In this document: piece by piece, positions 11,270-24,127 of the stretch
Numbering within the stretch: position 1 is the first letter of the stretch
Layout: each line of letters starts with the position of its first letter
Assembly (NCBI RefSeq): GCF_000143415.4
Contig: NW_003314328.1
Location: 461,889 to 525,888, forward strand
DNA from: Selaginella moellendorffii
Taxonomy: Eukaryota; Plantae; Lycopodiophyta
Direction: 5' to 3'
DNA length: 64,000 nt
Translations under genes and position numbers: made by a program
The notes under the pieces: model-generated
What the model was told of the DNA's origin: nothing
Database searches by the model: none
The model's input: the letters and a program-made list of their open reading frames with translations, nothing else

Positions 11270-11372
11270 CTACACGTCAACAGTGTTCTTCCAATCCGTC
11301 AGGGGTTCGAATCGTTTTACAAGAGTGTGCCACGTCATTGCCACGCAAGCGATGCGTTGGCTTGCCACGTCG
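11270..11372. promoter_or_regulatory. ABRE/G-box-like cluster in 159-bp bidirectional intergenic region
   Basis: Minus-strand TGACGTGT (~11272-11279), TGACGTGGC (~11329-11337), GCGTGGC (~11340-11346) and ACGTGGC (~11364-11370). Confidence 0.55.
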
Positions 11373-11423
11373 GTGTGTTTAATAGAAATTGCAGGGTTTG
11401 AATTAGGTTATCGAGCTGCGGCA

Positions 11424-13370
11424 ATGGCGAGCGCGATGGCGAGGCGCGTCGCGAATGTCGTGGCCAGATCGCGGATTTCTTCCTTCTATCCACTGCACAA
11501 GGCCATCGCCGCGCCGAAAAGCGGTCCCTGGGAGCAGCAGTTGCGGCATCTCAACATCCACGAGTATCAGGTATTTCCTTAGCTCAGTAGCATCCGATCA
11601 ATCGATCGAGTGAGTCTCATTGCCGTGCCGATCGTCCAGGGCGCCGATCTTATGAGCAAGTATGGCGTGAATGTTCCAAAAGGGGCGGTTGTTTCGTCCA
11701 GGAAAGAGATCTCAACCGTGTTGGAAAAGGAGTTCCCTGACAATGAAGAGGTATGGTTTCCAGAGAGGAAGACGAACGTTTTCATGTTTTCTTCTACTTC
11801 TTTTTTTCTTTTTCAGCTTGTTGTGAAGAGTCAAATTTTGGCTGGTGGTCGTGGTTTGGGAACTTTCAAGAATGGTTTGAAGGGAGGCGTTCACATCGTC
11901 AAACGAGACAAAGTCGAGGAGATTGCAGGTTTGCGATTTCCTTAAGAGACCTTATTTGCTTAAGCACATCTTTCCAGGAAAAATGCTCGGTCAGATACTT
12001 GTGACCAAGCAAACGGGACCGGAGGGAAAGCCAGTGAACAAGGTAATGGCTGGTTACAGAAACCCACTCATTGAACTCTTCCTCAGGTTTTCATATGCGA
12101 GAAGCTGCAGCTTGTCAATGAAATGTACTTCGCCATTGCTCTAGACAGAGCAAGCGCTGGGCCTGTAAGCTCACCCAATTTTTTTTTTCTCCTCTGATTT
12201 ACATGCTGTTTTTATACCAGGTTATTATTGCCTGCAGCAAGGGTGGAACAAGCATAGAAGATTTGGCTGAGAAATACCCGGACATGATCATCAAGGTTTT
12301 TATTTTCCTCTCTTCAAATTTAGAAGAATGTACTAATTCTAATGCCAGGTCCCTATCAACATCCACAAAGGCATCACCGATGCCGATGCAGAGAAGGTTG
12401 TAAACGGACTGAACTTGAAGTGCGCAGATAAAAACGACTCGATGCAGCAAGTAAAGCACCTGTATGATCTTTTCTGCAAATCCGACTGCACGCTTGTGGA
12501 GGTGAGAAACTTTGCCCCTAGGCTATAGCCATCTAACCAAGTGCCAATTATGCAGATCAATCCACTGGCAGAGACTGCGGATGGAAAGCTCGTCGCTGCC
12601 GATGCGAAGCTCAACTTCGATGACAATGCGAGCTTCCGTCAACAGGAGATATTCGCACTTCGTGATCAATCTCAAGAAGATGCTCGAGAGGTTTGAGACC
12701 TTGTTCATAGTTTCACGTTTTAATGCCTGTTCGAAAAACAGGTCGCTGCTGCTGCCGCCGATTTGAACTACATTGGATTGGATGGCGAGATTGGCTGCAT
12801 GGTGAATGGAGCAGGACTCGCGATGGCAACCATGGATATCATCAAACTGCACGGAGGCTCACCAGCCAACTTCCTTGACGTTGGCGGAAATGCTTCAGAA
12901 AACCAGGTACATTATACCACTTTTTCTCTCTGGTCTAGACTCTGTTTGCTACTTCTTTCCAGGTCATTGAAGCCTTCAAAATCCTCACGTCTGACAAGAA
13001 GGTGAAGGCCATTCTGGTGAACATCTTCGGTGGAATCATGAAGTGTAACGTGATCGCGAGTGGTATTGTCAACGCTGCCAAGACGGTGCGTCTTTCTCTT
13101 CCTCTTGTTCATGTGGATGCATGTGGATGAAGTAAAAAGAACTCTCTGCTCTGGTCCTTGTAGGTGTCACTCAAAGTCCCACTGATCGTTCGATTGGAAG
13201 GCACAAATGTTGATCTAGGAAAGAGAATACTAAAGGTAAGCTATATACAACTCCCTTGTTTATAGTTTGGAGGGAGGTTCATTCTTTGTTTGCAGGAGAG
13301 TAAGATGAACTTGATCGCTGCGGACGACTTGGACGATGCCGCAGAGAAGGCTGTGGCCGCGCTGGCTTAA
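11424..13370 (+). CDS. Succinyl-CoA ligase beta subunit, mitochondrial (about 11 exons)
   Basis: Presequence + [83 protein letters not shown]. Confidence 0.95.
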
Positions 13371-13797
13371 AAGGAGGTCAATCCTTCCACCGCAAAGATT
13401 TTTGGACGACAATAATTCGGCAAGCAAACCATGTAAGGTTTTTATTTTTGTGGTAACTGATGGCTTGATCATAGGATCTTACCAAAGTTTCAAGGCAATA
13501 GACCTTGCTGGCAAGAAATTTATCCGTTACTACCAGCATGTAAAGTTTGATGCGTCATAGCGGATTTTTATGAGATGGAGCGAATTAAAGGAAAGGAATG
13601 TGAACGTTTCTCGTGATTCCTAAATTCGAGACTCCACGACGAGCAAGCAATTAATTTAGCGTAATGGCGCTGCTTAAATTCGGCTAATGCCCCAAAGAGC
13701 TCCGGTTCTTGAGCGCTCGAGAGGGAGAGTTTGGGAGTTCTCCCTGATTGTCAATCCAATCCAAATCCTTTTCTGTGAGTGCTAGTGATCGATCGCC

Positions 13798-14367
13798 ATG
13801 GAGAGGAGCCGGCAGCAATCCATCCAGTTGGAATTGGTAGGGAAGATGGTTTCCAAGGAGCTGTCGCTCAAGTACTCGGATCTCGCCGCCGCTCCAAGCG
13901 ACGATCTCGCCCTCCACGCGCCATTCTGCTTCCACTTCGCCGCCTTCCAGTGCTACAGCCCCCAGACCGCGCTGTGGCTGCGGGACTTCGATCGCCGCAA
14001 GAGTGTGGACGCCGCCCCAAAGAGCACTCCCTCCTCCTCCAGCAAGAGCTACATTTACTACTCCAGCAGCGGCGATCTCTCCTCTCCCTCATCCGCCCCT
14101 CCCTCCTCGTCTCCATCCTCCAGGCTCGCGAGGCTCATCTCCAAGAAGAAGAAAGCGCGCGGCGGCAAGACGAAGAAGACGAAGTGGCCATGGCGCCTGT
14201 ACGACAGTACGGCAATCTCCTTCAAGGGCAAGGTATGTACGGTCTCGCTATGGAGTGGCTAATTCTTTTTTGCTTATCAGGTATCTTGCAGGGCGTTTAG
14301 TTGCATGTCGCAAGAATTTCCAGTGCCGCCAATCCATTTGCCCAGGCATATCCCAGAGATGCTCTAA
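13798..14367 (+). CDS. Hypothetical Ser-rich/basic protein (probable exons 13798-14232, 14281-14367)
   Basis: GC-rich codon-like ORF. A GT-AG intron of 48 nt gives an in-frame continuation to TAA 14365-14367. No family recognised. Confidence 0.5.
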
Positions 14368-14954
14368 GTGAACAAATTGCAAAGGCAAAATAATTCTATG
14401 TTTTAAGATTTATAATGCATTTTAGCAACACTTCAACAAATTTCTCATAGTGTTTTGTTAGTTTCTTCCTTTTGCAAGTCTATCTATCTACTGCCCACTC
14501 GGTTGCAGATCCATGTAACATCATCAAGTTCTAAGCGAAGACAAGTCAGACTGCATGGTCTCTATCTAAAAAATGTTCTTTGACACTTTGCAAATAGATG
14601 ATCAGATGGATAGATAAAATGGTTACAAATAAGAATGGCTAATATGTCACTCATAAAGTTTTACTCGTTGTTGCTCTCTAAATGACTCCCCATTAGTCAG
14701 CAACAACTATGATTTAGAGATTTTCAAGGTCAACCTTTAGATGGGTCTTGAATTTCCCCGTGGAGGCCTCTTCAGATCTTAACAGCAAATTTGACTAAAG
14801 GCACTTAAGACTTATGGCGCTAAGCCATGGGAAAATGTTGCTCTTAATCAATTTCTTGTTAATACGATGCGCTAAACTTACATAGATAATTGTCCAAAAT
14901 ATTATCAGTTTTCATTTGGTTACGACGATGCATATGGCTGATTGAGCAGGGATT

Positions 14955-15125
14955 CGTGAACAACAGTGACTAACACGCCCGTCCTGGCATGCTCTTCGCC
15001 TTCACACAGGTAGGCAGCCGCTTGCTGTCCTTGCTCAGTTACGAGCTTTGTATTACCCACCATTTGATTGTTGTGAGCTACAAACGAATGATATACGAGC
15101 ACAGTTTGTCCTTCGACAAAGCAGC
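14955..15125 (-). pseudogene. RAN1-like Cu-ATPase fragment (copy C)
   Basis: VEGQTVLV / VGNTKLVTEQG / [12 protein letters not shown] match 19420-19615, with intron remnants and deletions. Confidence 0.85.
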
Positions 15126-16107
15126 TTGGCAAGATCTATGGTCAAAAGCAGAAACTTGGAGCTCAAGTTTCTGCTGGTGTACATAAGGAATTAGGTGATG
15201 GATCAAAGTTTGGAAGTATCTGTTCATAAAAGTTTAGTCTTCACAAAGGATGGTATCTCTTCGCTCACCGTTCTCAACGCCTCGAATCAGAACGAGGCTT
15301 GAAGATACCTCCGGGAACTGTCGTTTTGATGCTCTTCTTCTCCTGATTACAAGTCAAGTACATATATGAATCACTTTTAAAACCGGGTTGTCTCTTCAGA
15401 TGATATTAATATCTGCCTGGTTCAATTCTAAACTTTTGCTCCATGATTTGTTTTACCAATTTTTGCTCAAAGTGCTGCTCGTTTGATGCCCTCAAGAAAC
15501 AATCCAGCGCTCGTCAATGGGTCAACTCAGGTTGACGTGTGAACTTTATCACAAAAGTGCTACATCTGAAGGATTTACAAAACCTTGGATTCAAAGGTCG
15601 GATCATTGAATGCTTTGGCTGCTTGTAGTTTGATTTAATGCAAGACAAGTCTGATCCGATGTAGCCACATTATGAATTTGTGTGCTCAAGAATTGCTCGC
15701 AGTTCTCAATGCCTCAAATTGGATCTGGGCTTAGCTATTTTGATGCTTTTCGTCGTAGTGATGAAGTTTTACAGCTACTCCTACGTGTAGTTCCATCTAG
15801 TCTAGCACCCACTCCATTTAGTCTCACCTAGTTACACATGAATCAATCTTGGTGTTGAATCTTGTATGGTATCATGATTTTTTTCCTGCTCTTTCATGAG
15901 ATCTTCACTGAATCGATTCATGTGTTTGATTTGATGCCGAACAGGTTGTAGCAAGCAAGCAAGCAAGACTCGCGGACAGAAGATTCAACACTATAATGTA
16001 ACTCAAGTTAAATAAAATGTAGTCAGGTCCATAGTTAGACATGCCGCAACGCGCTTCCTGTGGTGGCCCCATTGATGAGGACCCATTCCGCCCTTGCTCG
16101 CACGCTG

Positions 16108-17090
16108 GCGCATGCACTCCTTGATCCCGAGCTGGTTTTGGAAAGCTCGCGTTAGTTTTAGCGAGAGGCTTACCTTCTTGGCCACTGCTGTGGCAGTCGT
16201 CCAGTTATCTCCAGTCATCATGAGCGTCCTTATTCCCATTTGTTTGACGCCTTCCACGACGATGGCGGCTTCTCGTTTGAGGGGGTCTGACACTGCGAGT
16301 GACGGAGGTCGTGGCCAACGGTGACTACTACGCCCGTCCTGGCACGCTCTTCGACTTCATACAGGTAGTTGGCCGCTTGCTGTGATAAGGGAATTCCTTG
16401 CTCGGTTACGAGCTTCGTGTTTCCCACCTGTTTGATTGTTGTGAGCTACAAACGAATGATTTGGAAGTGGAAGATATATACCAGCACAGACAATGCAGCT
16501 TCCCCCCGTAGAGCTTTCAAATCGGAGAATTTCTTTACCCAGCTGAAATCCCGGGTTCTCGACAGAGGCGAAGGAACCTCCAAGGACCAAATAGTGGTAC
16601 GCATAGTCGAGAACTGCTCTCGCAAGCGGATGCTCGCTACCAGCCTGTGCAAAACCAGTGACAACTTTCATGAACTTCGAAAGAAAAGAAACAAAGAAAG
16701 AGGAGTAGCACCTCAGCAGCAGCAGCAGCAAATGCGAGCATCTCCCGACAGGGTCATTCCGTTCCGTTGAAGGCCTAGTTATCACTGACTGTCTACCATT
16801 TCTCAAGGTTCGACACACTGGTGTCGTTCTAATGCGTTGCCACCTTTGATTAAAATTCCGTTGAAACCTCCAACACCGCTACCATGATAGCAGTTACGGA
16901 GTAGACTATGCAGACGTAGTTCCAACAGTGACCCATATTGGCCGAGTCACAACGAAGCTAATGATACGCCCCGAGATAGAACTTTCTGCCAATGATAAAG
17001 TGCACCGGAGTTACAAGGAGCCAGTTCATCCAGTCACCCATGAGAGAGAAAAGGCCCACAGTGGATGAGCAAAAGCCGATAAGCATCAGA
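16108..17090 (-). pseudogene. RAN1-like Cu-ATPase decayed duplicate (copy B)
   Basis: [37 protein letters not shown]. Colinear with 19195-21120 including introns, but frameshifted and deleted. Confidence 0.9.
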
Positions 17091-17164
17091 TTGCTGGCTT
17101 CGAGGTCCATTCTCGGGTACAGGTCGATCAACGGCGAGCCATGGCTTTGTTGGGCATATGGTGT

Positions 17165-17250
17165 TTCAGCTGCCTTGGTTCTTCAACGTAATTCTGTCGA
17201 ACAAGCTTCAGCTGCCTTGGTTCTTGCACGTAATTCTGTCGAACAAGCTT
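17165..17250. repeat. 42-bp tandem duplication
   Basis: ttcagctgccttggttctt..acgtaattctgtcgaacaagc occurs twice. Confidence 0.9.
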
Positions 17251-18722
17251 CCGCGTACAGGTTGATCAGAGCGCTCTGAAGTACAACACTCGCAGAGACA
17301 GCCTGTGCATGAACAGCTCTACCTTTTGCTCCACGTCTCGCAGTGCAACGGGCAGATTCTTTGCTGCCCGCAACAGAGATGCGAATGTAGCCGCCGCAGC
17401 TCGTTTCAGCCTATATCCTGGTTTCCGTTGATAAATTGCTCAAACATAAAAAACAGTTTTGGTTTTCATCGCATCTTGTTATAAAATCTCAAATAATCAC
17501 TGCATCTTGAGATCATCGGCGATTCCGGAACAGAATCTATCTCAATATTGAGAAGAAATTTCCATTATCAATTTCAATGGGTGCTCTAGTTTATAATGAA
17601 GTAGATGGCGATTTGGAAATGGTTCCATAAAACTCCACCAAATGAGCCTATAACAGTCGTCAGATCTGCCGATGGTCAATATCAGAAACTTGGATCTCAA
17701 GAAACGGTTTCTTGAGCTCCAAGTTTCTGCTGTTTTGTACATAAGACGATGGATAAAATGGAGGCTTCTGTAATCTGTTTCATCTGTATGTTCATACAAT
17801 ATTCTGTGCCTTCTTCAGTCTTCACAAAGCATGAAAGAGGGCAAATGATGAAGCATCTCTTCGCTCGCCGTTCTCAATGCCTCGAATTGGAACGAGGCTT
17901 GAAGATACCACGGGGGACAAATTGTCATTCTGATGCTCTCCTCTCTTGATTACAAGTCTAGAACATATGAGTCAATTTCAGACGTGTGGTGGAATCTCTT
18001 TGCATGATACTATCTACGTGGTTGAATTCCTTTATTTGTTTTCCGAATCTTTGCTCAAACTGCTGCCCTCAAGCAGCAGGCAGATGATTCAGAGATGTGT
18101 TTGATTTAATGCAGGACAGGCCCAATCCCATGTAGCCACAATTTGGGGCAGAAGATTCAACACTGTGCCTTGAGGGAAAATGGTTTCTTGAGTTCCAAGT
18201 TTTTGCTGTTGTATACAAAACCTAGGATTTAATGAATGTATGAGCTCATGGATCATCGAATGCGCTTGTATTCGGTGCTGATTTGATTAGAGATTCATCT
18301 GTATATGTGCTCAATAGAAGGAACGAGGCAAATGATGAATCATCTCTTCCCCGGATCGGAACGAGGCTTGAAGATGGACAAACTGTCATTGCCATTGTCA
18401 TTGTGTGTTGGATGGTGATCGATCTTTGTCCCTGTTGCAACCTTTTACTCCATGATTTCTTTTTCATGCTCATTGGATGAGATCTTTACTAAATGATTCT
18501 ACAATGCATCAACTTGATGCCTTCCCACGAACATAAAGACAAATTCGCGGAGAAGAGTAAATCTTCTTTACCTTTCTCCTATCGAAATCGACTCTGATCT
18601 AAGAAAATAGTCAAGCATGAGGAGGCAAGTGAGCACCGGTAAGCGACCACTTGGAGATGGCAAGAACGCGATCAATGTCGAAACTCACAAAACATCTCAT
18701 GTACAAAATATATAGTTACAGA

Positions 18723-21700
18723 TTATTGCCTGCTTCTGTGTTGTGGTTGGAAGTCGAGAATCTCCGTCAACCTGGGCCTCCTGTAGAGCCTCAGTAGCAA
18801 CGAGCAGCCGATAACGCTAACCGAGGACATGGCCATGGCGGCACCGGCCATCCAGGGCGGCAGGCTTATCGAGAAGAAAGGATAGAGCACACCAGCAGCC
18901 ACGGGGATGGCCACCACGTTGTATCCCATCGCAAACACGTAGTTTAGCCGGATTCTGGCGAAGGTCTTGCGCGACAGGTCGATCGCCGTGATCACGTCCT
19001 CGAGGTTGCTCCTCATGAGCACGTAATCGGCGGCTTCGATGGCGATGTCGGTCCCGGCACCAATCGCCATTCCCACGTCCGCTGCTGCCAGCGCGGGAGA
19101 ATCGTTGATGCCGTCGCCCACCATGGCTACCACGGTACCGTCGGACTGGAGCGACTTTACCACCTCGGCCTTGCCGCCGGGGAGAACTTCTCCCATGCAC
19201 TCCTTGATCCCGACCTGGTTTTGGAAAGCTCCGAGTTAGCTATAGCGAGAGAGGACGGGGCCGAGAGGCTTACCTCCTTGGCCACTGCTCGGGCAGTCGT
19301 CCAGTTATCTCCAGTCACCATGAGCGTTCTTATTCCCATTTGGTTGAGGCCTTCCACGACGATAGCGGCTTCTCGTTTGAGCGGGTCTGACACTGCGAGG
19401 ATTCCACGGAGGTCGTGGCCAACGGTGACTAGCACGCCCGTCCTGGCACGCTCTTCGACTTCACGCAGGTAGTTGGCCGCTTGCTGTGGTATGAGAATTC
19501 CTTGCTCGGTTATGAGCTTCGTGTTTCCCACCTGCTTGATCGTGTGAGCTACATAAACGATCTGAAAATGGAAGATGACATACCAGCACAATTTGTCCTT
19601 CGACAATGCAGCTTACGCCTTGGCCTGGTAGAGCTTTGAAATCGGAGCATTTCTTTACCCAGCTGAAGTCCCGGGTTCTCGACGGAGATTTTGGCGTCGA
19701 GGGAACCCCTCCAAATACCAAATGGTGGTACGCATAGTCGAGAACTGCTCTCGCAAGCGGATGCTCGCTACCAGCCTGAGCAAAACCAATGAAGACTTTC
19801 ATGACCTTAGAAACAAATAATAAGGAGAACAAACCTCAGCAGCAGCAGCAAATGCCAGCATCTCTGACAAGGTCATTCCGTTGAAGGCCTTTGCAGTTGT
19901 CACAGACGGTCTACCATTAGTCAAGGTGCCCGTCTTATCAAAAACGACACATTGGATCTGGTGTGCTCGTTCTAGTGCGTCGCCGCCTTTGATCAAAATT
20001 CCGTTGGAAGCTCCAACACCAGTTGCTACCATGACAGCAGTTGGTGTGGCGAGTCCCAAAGCGCAGGGACACGCGATCACCAGCACAGCAATCCCGAACA
20101 TAAGTGCGAAAACAAAATGATTTGTACCATCCGGCATCCAAGAATCTGGATATAATTCAAGCACTCCCGCCAGGTACCTAGCAAAACACAGAAATTTTGC
20201 ATGAGCTTGTAGAGGCGCTCGTTACCGAGGGAAAACAAAAAGACTTACCAGCAAATCCAAGTAGATAATGCTAGCACAACCACAACAGGAACAAATATGC
20301 TTGACACCTTTACAGATGAAAAACCCGTCAGCACTCACTATAAAGAGAGGGAAACACGACTTACGTAGTCTGCGAATTTTTGAATCGGAGCTTTGCACAT
20401 TTGTGCATTCTCCACAAGGTTGACAATTTTGGCCAGCGCAGCGTCTCTTCCGACCTTCACTGCTTCGATGTAAAGAAGCCCGTTCACGTTGATGGTACCT
20501 CCAATGACATTGTCGCCAACGGATTTGTCAACCAGTGCAGCCTCTCCTGTGATCATGCCTTCGTTGACATGACTTGAGCCCTCCACAACGAAGCCGTCAG
20601 CTGGAATCTTAGAACCGGGCACAACCTTGAGCCTGTCTCCTTTCTGTATCAGCTGGGCATCAATCTCCGTTTCCTTCTCTACAGTGATATGCTCAAGGTT
20701 TAGAATGCACGGCTATTGAACGAACCTGAGTTACCTGAGTCAGCAGTGACCAACATAGCAGTAGTCGGTGCGAGCTCAAGCAGCTTTCCAATCGCCTCGG
20801 ATGTCTTCCCTTTGGCGAGAACTTCCAAATACTTTCCAAGCAATACGAAGGTAAAGAGCATAGTCGTCGTCTCGAAGTACGTCCTTCCATGAAAGCCCGT
20901 AAAAGCACCGTAAAAGATAGCACCTACGGAATAGACGTAAGCAGACGTCGTTCCAAGCGTAACTAGAACGTCCATATTGGCCGAGCCACTACGAAGCGAA
21001 TGATACGCCCCGAGATAGAACTTCTTGCCAATGATAAACTGCACCGGAGTTACAAGGAGCCACTTCATCCAGTCACCCATGAGAAAAGGTCCACAGTGAA
21101 TGAGCAAAAGCCGATAAGCAAACGGAACGTGTGGACAAACCACCGTGATGAAGAAAACTGGAATCTGAAAGGAAAAAAAAGAAACATGAGTTTGACGAGT
21201 GAAAACAACAAGTACAACTCACACTGAAGGCCAAGCTCGCGATAAAAAGCCGTAAAGCCGAAGATACTTCTTTGCTTTTATCCGGAGAATAAGACGTATA
21301 AGGATTCGGGAGCACGACTTTATACCTCCCAGCCCCGGCATTCTCGATACCGTGAACGATGTCTCTGAGCTTCAGCACTTCCGGGTCATACATAACTACA
21401 GCCCTTTCCAGCAACACGTCCAGCGTGAAATCCCTGACGCCTTTGAGCTTGGAAAGAAGCTCCCCAACCTGCGTTCCATCGTCCTCAAATATCCCACCTA
21501 TGGTGAGAATCACCTTGTCCCGTTCCTCACTCTCAATGAGCTCTGCCTCGAACCCTGCATCTTCGATCGTCTCAATGATTTGCCTTCTCTGCACAGCCTT
21601 GGGATCAAACTCCACCTCTCCCATCTCGGTCGCCAGCGCCACAGTAACGCGCTTTACACCTGGAAGCTTCGCCAAAACGCCTTCCACGGAGTTGACGCAT

Positions 21701-22394
21701 GCTGTGCATGTCATGCCACCAACCTTGAACATTTCAGTGGTTGTCAGTTTGCTTGGCGGAGCAGCGTTGCCATTACCAACCAGGTCGATCATGAAAGTTC
21801 TTGACAGAATTTCGGCATCAAAGCCAGCGTCCTCGATGGCCTCTTTGATTGCATCCTCCTGCAAAGCACAAACAGGCGTGAGGAGAACTTTCGCCGGAAC
21901 CAAAGCACTACTAAACTCTTCCACAATCGTTTCTCTAGATTTCTGCTCTTGCTCTTTTCTCACAAATCAAGCAAAGGTCTATCCTGTAAAAAACAAAACA
22001 AAGTACCTGCAAGAAGATCTATCCTATGCAAGTCAAGTACCAAAATTACTACGAGTGAGGACTCACATACCTTGCACGTCCTGGGATCGAATTTCACATC
22101 CGCCTTGTTCTGCAAGAGCGCCACCGTCGCGGAAGAAACGCCGTCGATCCTCAGCACCGCCTTCTCCACAGACGTCGAGCAAGCCGTGCAAGTCATCCCT
22201 CCAATCGCGACCTCCAATCGACACAGCGCCGGCGCGCCGCTCTTCCCATTCTCATTCCCGTCCTCCAAGAAAGAAGAACTCGTCAGCAGCGGCTCTTTCT
22301 CCAGCGCCGCCTCATCCAACACAAGCCGAGCCTGCGCCTCAAGATCCTCCAGCTCCAGCTCCTTCCTGGTCGCCCCTCCTCTATGCGGCGCCAT
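18723..22394 (-). CDS. RAN1: P1B-1 copper-transporting ATPase, RAN1/HMA7 type, multi-exon
   Basis: Two GMTCTAC metal-binding domains, [32 protein letters not shown] and [18 protein letters not shown] and MGDW.KW.LV resemble RAN1 more than HMA5. Confidence 0.9.
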
Positions 22395-22822
22395 ACCCCA
22401 ATTTGCGAAATCCTGCCCCTACAGATCCCGGATAGGAAAGATCGATCTAGAAATCCTCGAAATCCGAAACCCCGGCGGCCGCGAGCGAAGGATTCACTGC
22501 AGAGAGAGCGAGGATGCCCTGAGGAGCGAAATTTGCTGCAGGGCGGCCATTGCTAGAGCGTGGCGAGGGCGCCGAGGAAGAAAGACTGGAACAACTAGCG
22601 TGACCTAAAATCCGACGTGGGGATCTTCTTCCCTGTGCGTGACCCCGCGTCACGATTCCATGTAGTACAAGCGCTTGCAGTACAACAAGAAAATACTTGT
22701 TTAAAAAGACCACGCATTTTTCTCTCTCTCTAGTCAACGTTGTGTTAGAAAAAAGTGCGTAAAAATGGCATTCTGGAAAGGTGGGCAGGTAAAAATGGTA
22801 AAGTGAGAGAGCACAACACTTT

Positions 22823-23905
22823 TTACTCGGCCGTGACGGTGGTGGTGGTGGAAGACGACGCGGCAGTGGTGGTGGCGGCGATGGCGGCCGCGGCGGCGGC
22901 GCTGACCGGGTCATCGGTGGTCCAATGCTTGTCAAAGTCCATGTCGTCCAGTGTGTTGAACTGGAATGGCCCGTCAAACATCAAATTGCTCATGGGCGCG
23001 GAGGCCCCTGGAACTCCCCCGCCACCCCGAGAGCTTAGATCTCCTCCATAGCCACCGTTGTTAGCGGCGGCGGCGTTAGCGGCGCTGGCACTCATCATCG
23101 AAACACCACCATAGCCATTGTCAAAGCTGGGGTTTCCGGCGTTGCCACCATGGGGTCCTCCCGGGAATCCACAGCCCATGTTAAAGTCCGTGTAGTGAGA
23201 AGCGAGCTGGTCAATTTGGTGAAGCTGCTGATGGTGGTGGTGGTGGTGAGGAGGAGGAGCGCTGCCACCGCCACCTTCGTACTTGGATGGCTCGACGAAC
23301 TTGGTGGCGGCGGTGGTGGCGATGGAAGACTTGCTCGAGTTGGATATGGAGTCCTCGTCGCCGGGGCCTATCAAATCCTTCTGCCCAGCTGCAAGAAGCG
23401 GAGGATTCACAGTGCTGGTGTAGATCTGGCTGTTGTTGTTGTTGGTAGTCATATTGCAGTTACCATTGTTGTAAACGGGCAATCCTCCTTCCATACCGCC
23501 ATTACCACCGCCCACCATTCCTTGTCCATACAAGATGCCCCCACCGGGCAAATTGAGGTCCAGGAGCCCTCCGCCACCCTGGGCCTGAGCCACGACGCCG
23601 CTGTTCATCTCGGGGTGGAGCATCCGCTGGATCGCCATGAGCTGGTAAGTCTGGTACGAGTGCATGGCGTACTTGGTGATGATGTCCTTGAAATCGATCG
23701 CATTGCCACCCAAGTTGCCGCTGTTGCCCGTGAATCCGGCCTCGTGAACTTTACCATCGCAGATGACGATCACACCCACCTCGGCATTGCACAGCGTCGC
23801 GAGCTGCTCGGCCTTGCCGCGGAGTCCCTTCAGCCGCTTCTTGAACGTTTCCCTCCTCGACTTGTCATTCCGGATGAATTCAATGGGAAGTTTTCGCCTT
23901 CCCAT
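22823..23905 (-). CDS. Type I MADS-box transcription factor, intronless, low-complexity C-terminus
   Basis: MGRRKLPIEFIRNDKSRRETFKKRLKGLRGKAEQLATLC MADS domain. No K-box, single exon. Confidence 0.88.
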   Translation of the reverse strand: MGRRKLPIEFIRNDKSRRETFKKRLKGLRGKAEQLATLCNAEVGVIVICDGKVHEAGFTGNSGNLGGNAIDFKDIITKYAMHSYQTYQLMAIQRMLHPEMNSGVVAQAQGGGGLLDLNLPGGGILYGQGMVGGGNGGMEGGLPVYNNGNCNMTTNNNNSQIYTSTVNPPLLAAGQKDLIGPGDEDSISNSSKSSIATTAATKFVEPSKYEGGGGSAPPPHHHHHHQQLHQIDQLASHYTDFNMGCGFPGGPHGGNAGNPSFDNGYGGVSMMSASAANAAAANNGGYGGDLSSRGGGGVPGASAPMSNLMFDGPFQFNTLDDMDFDKHWTTDDPVSAAAAAAIAATTTAASSSTTTTVTAE

Positions 23906-24127
23906 TGACGCTTCACGCCATGAGACGCGCGAGATTGTGAGAAATGCGAAAGAGGGCTTTTCAAACTGGACGGCATTGTCTAGTTGTAGCGGCACGTAAA
24001 CCGCAAATAGCTCCCCATGGCATCCATCAAAAATGGCCACAATGCGCTAATTATACGCCCCAAATAAGTGTGTCACTTATCCTTTAAGATAAACTTCAAG
24101 TCTAAGCCCTAAATTGAATTTAGGGTT

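Noticed and set aside
21359-23908. Long plus-strand ORFs opposite RAN1 and MADS (and similar ones opposite PPR/GH17 genes)
   Set aside because: Antisense shadows of GC-rich coding sequence with no recognisable motifs.
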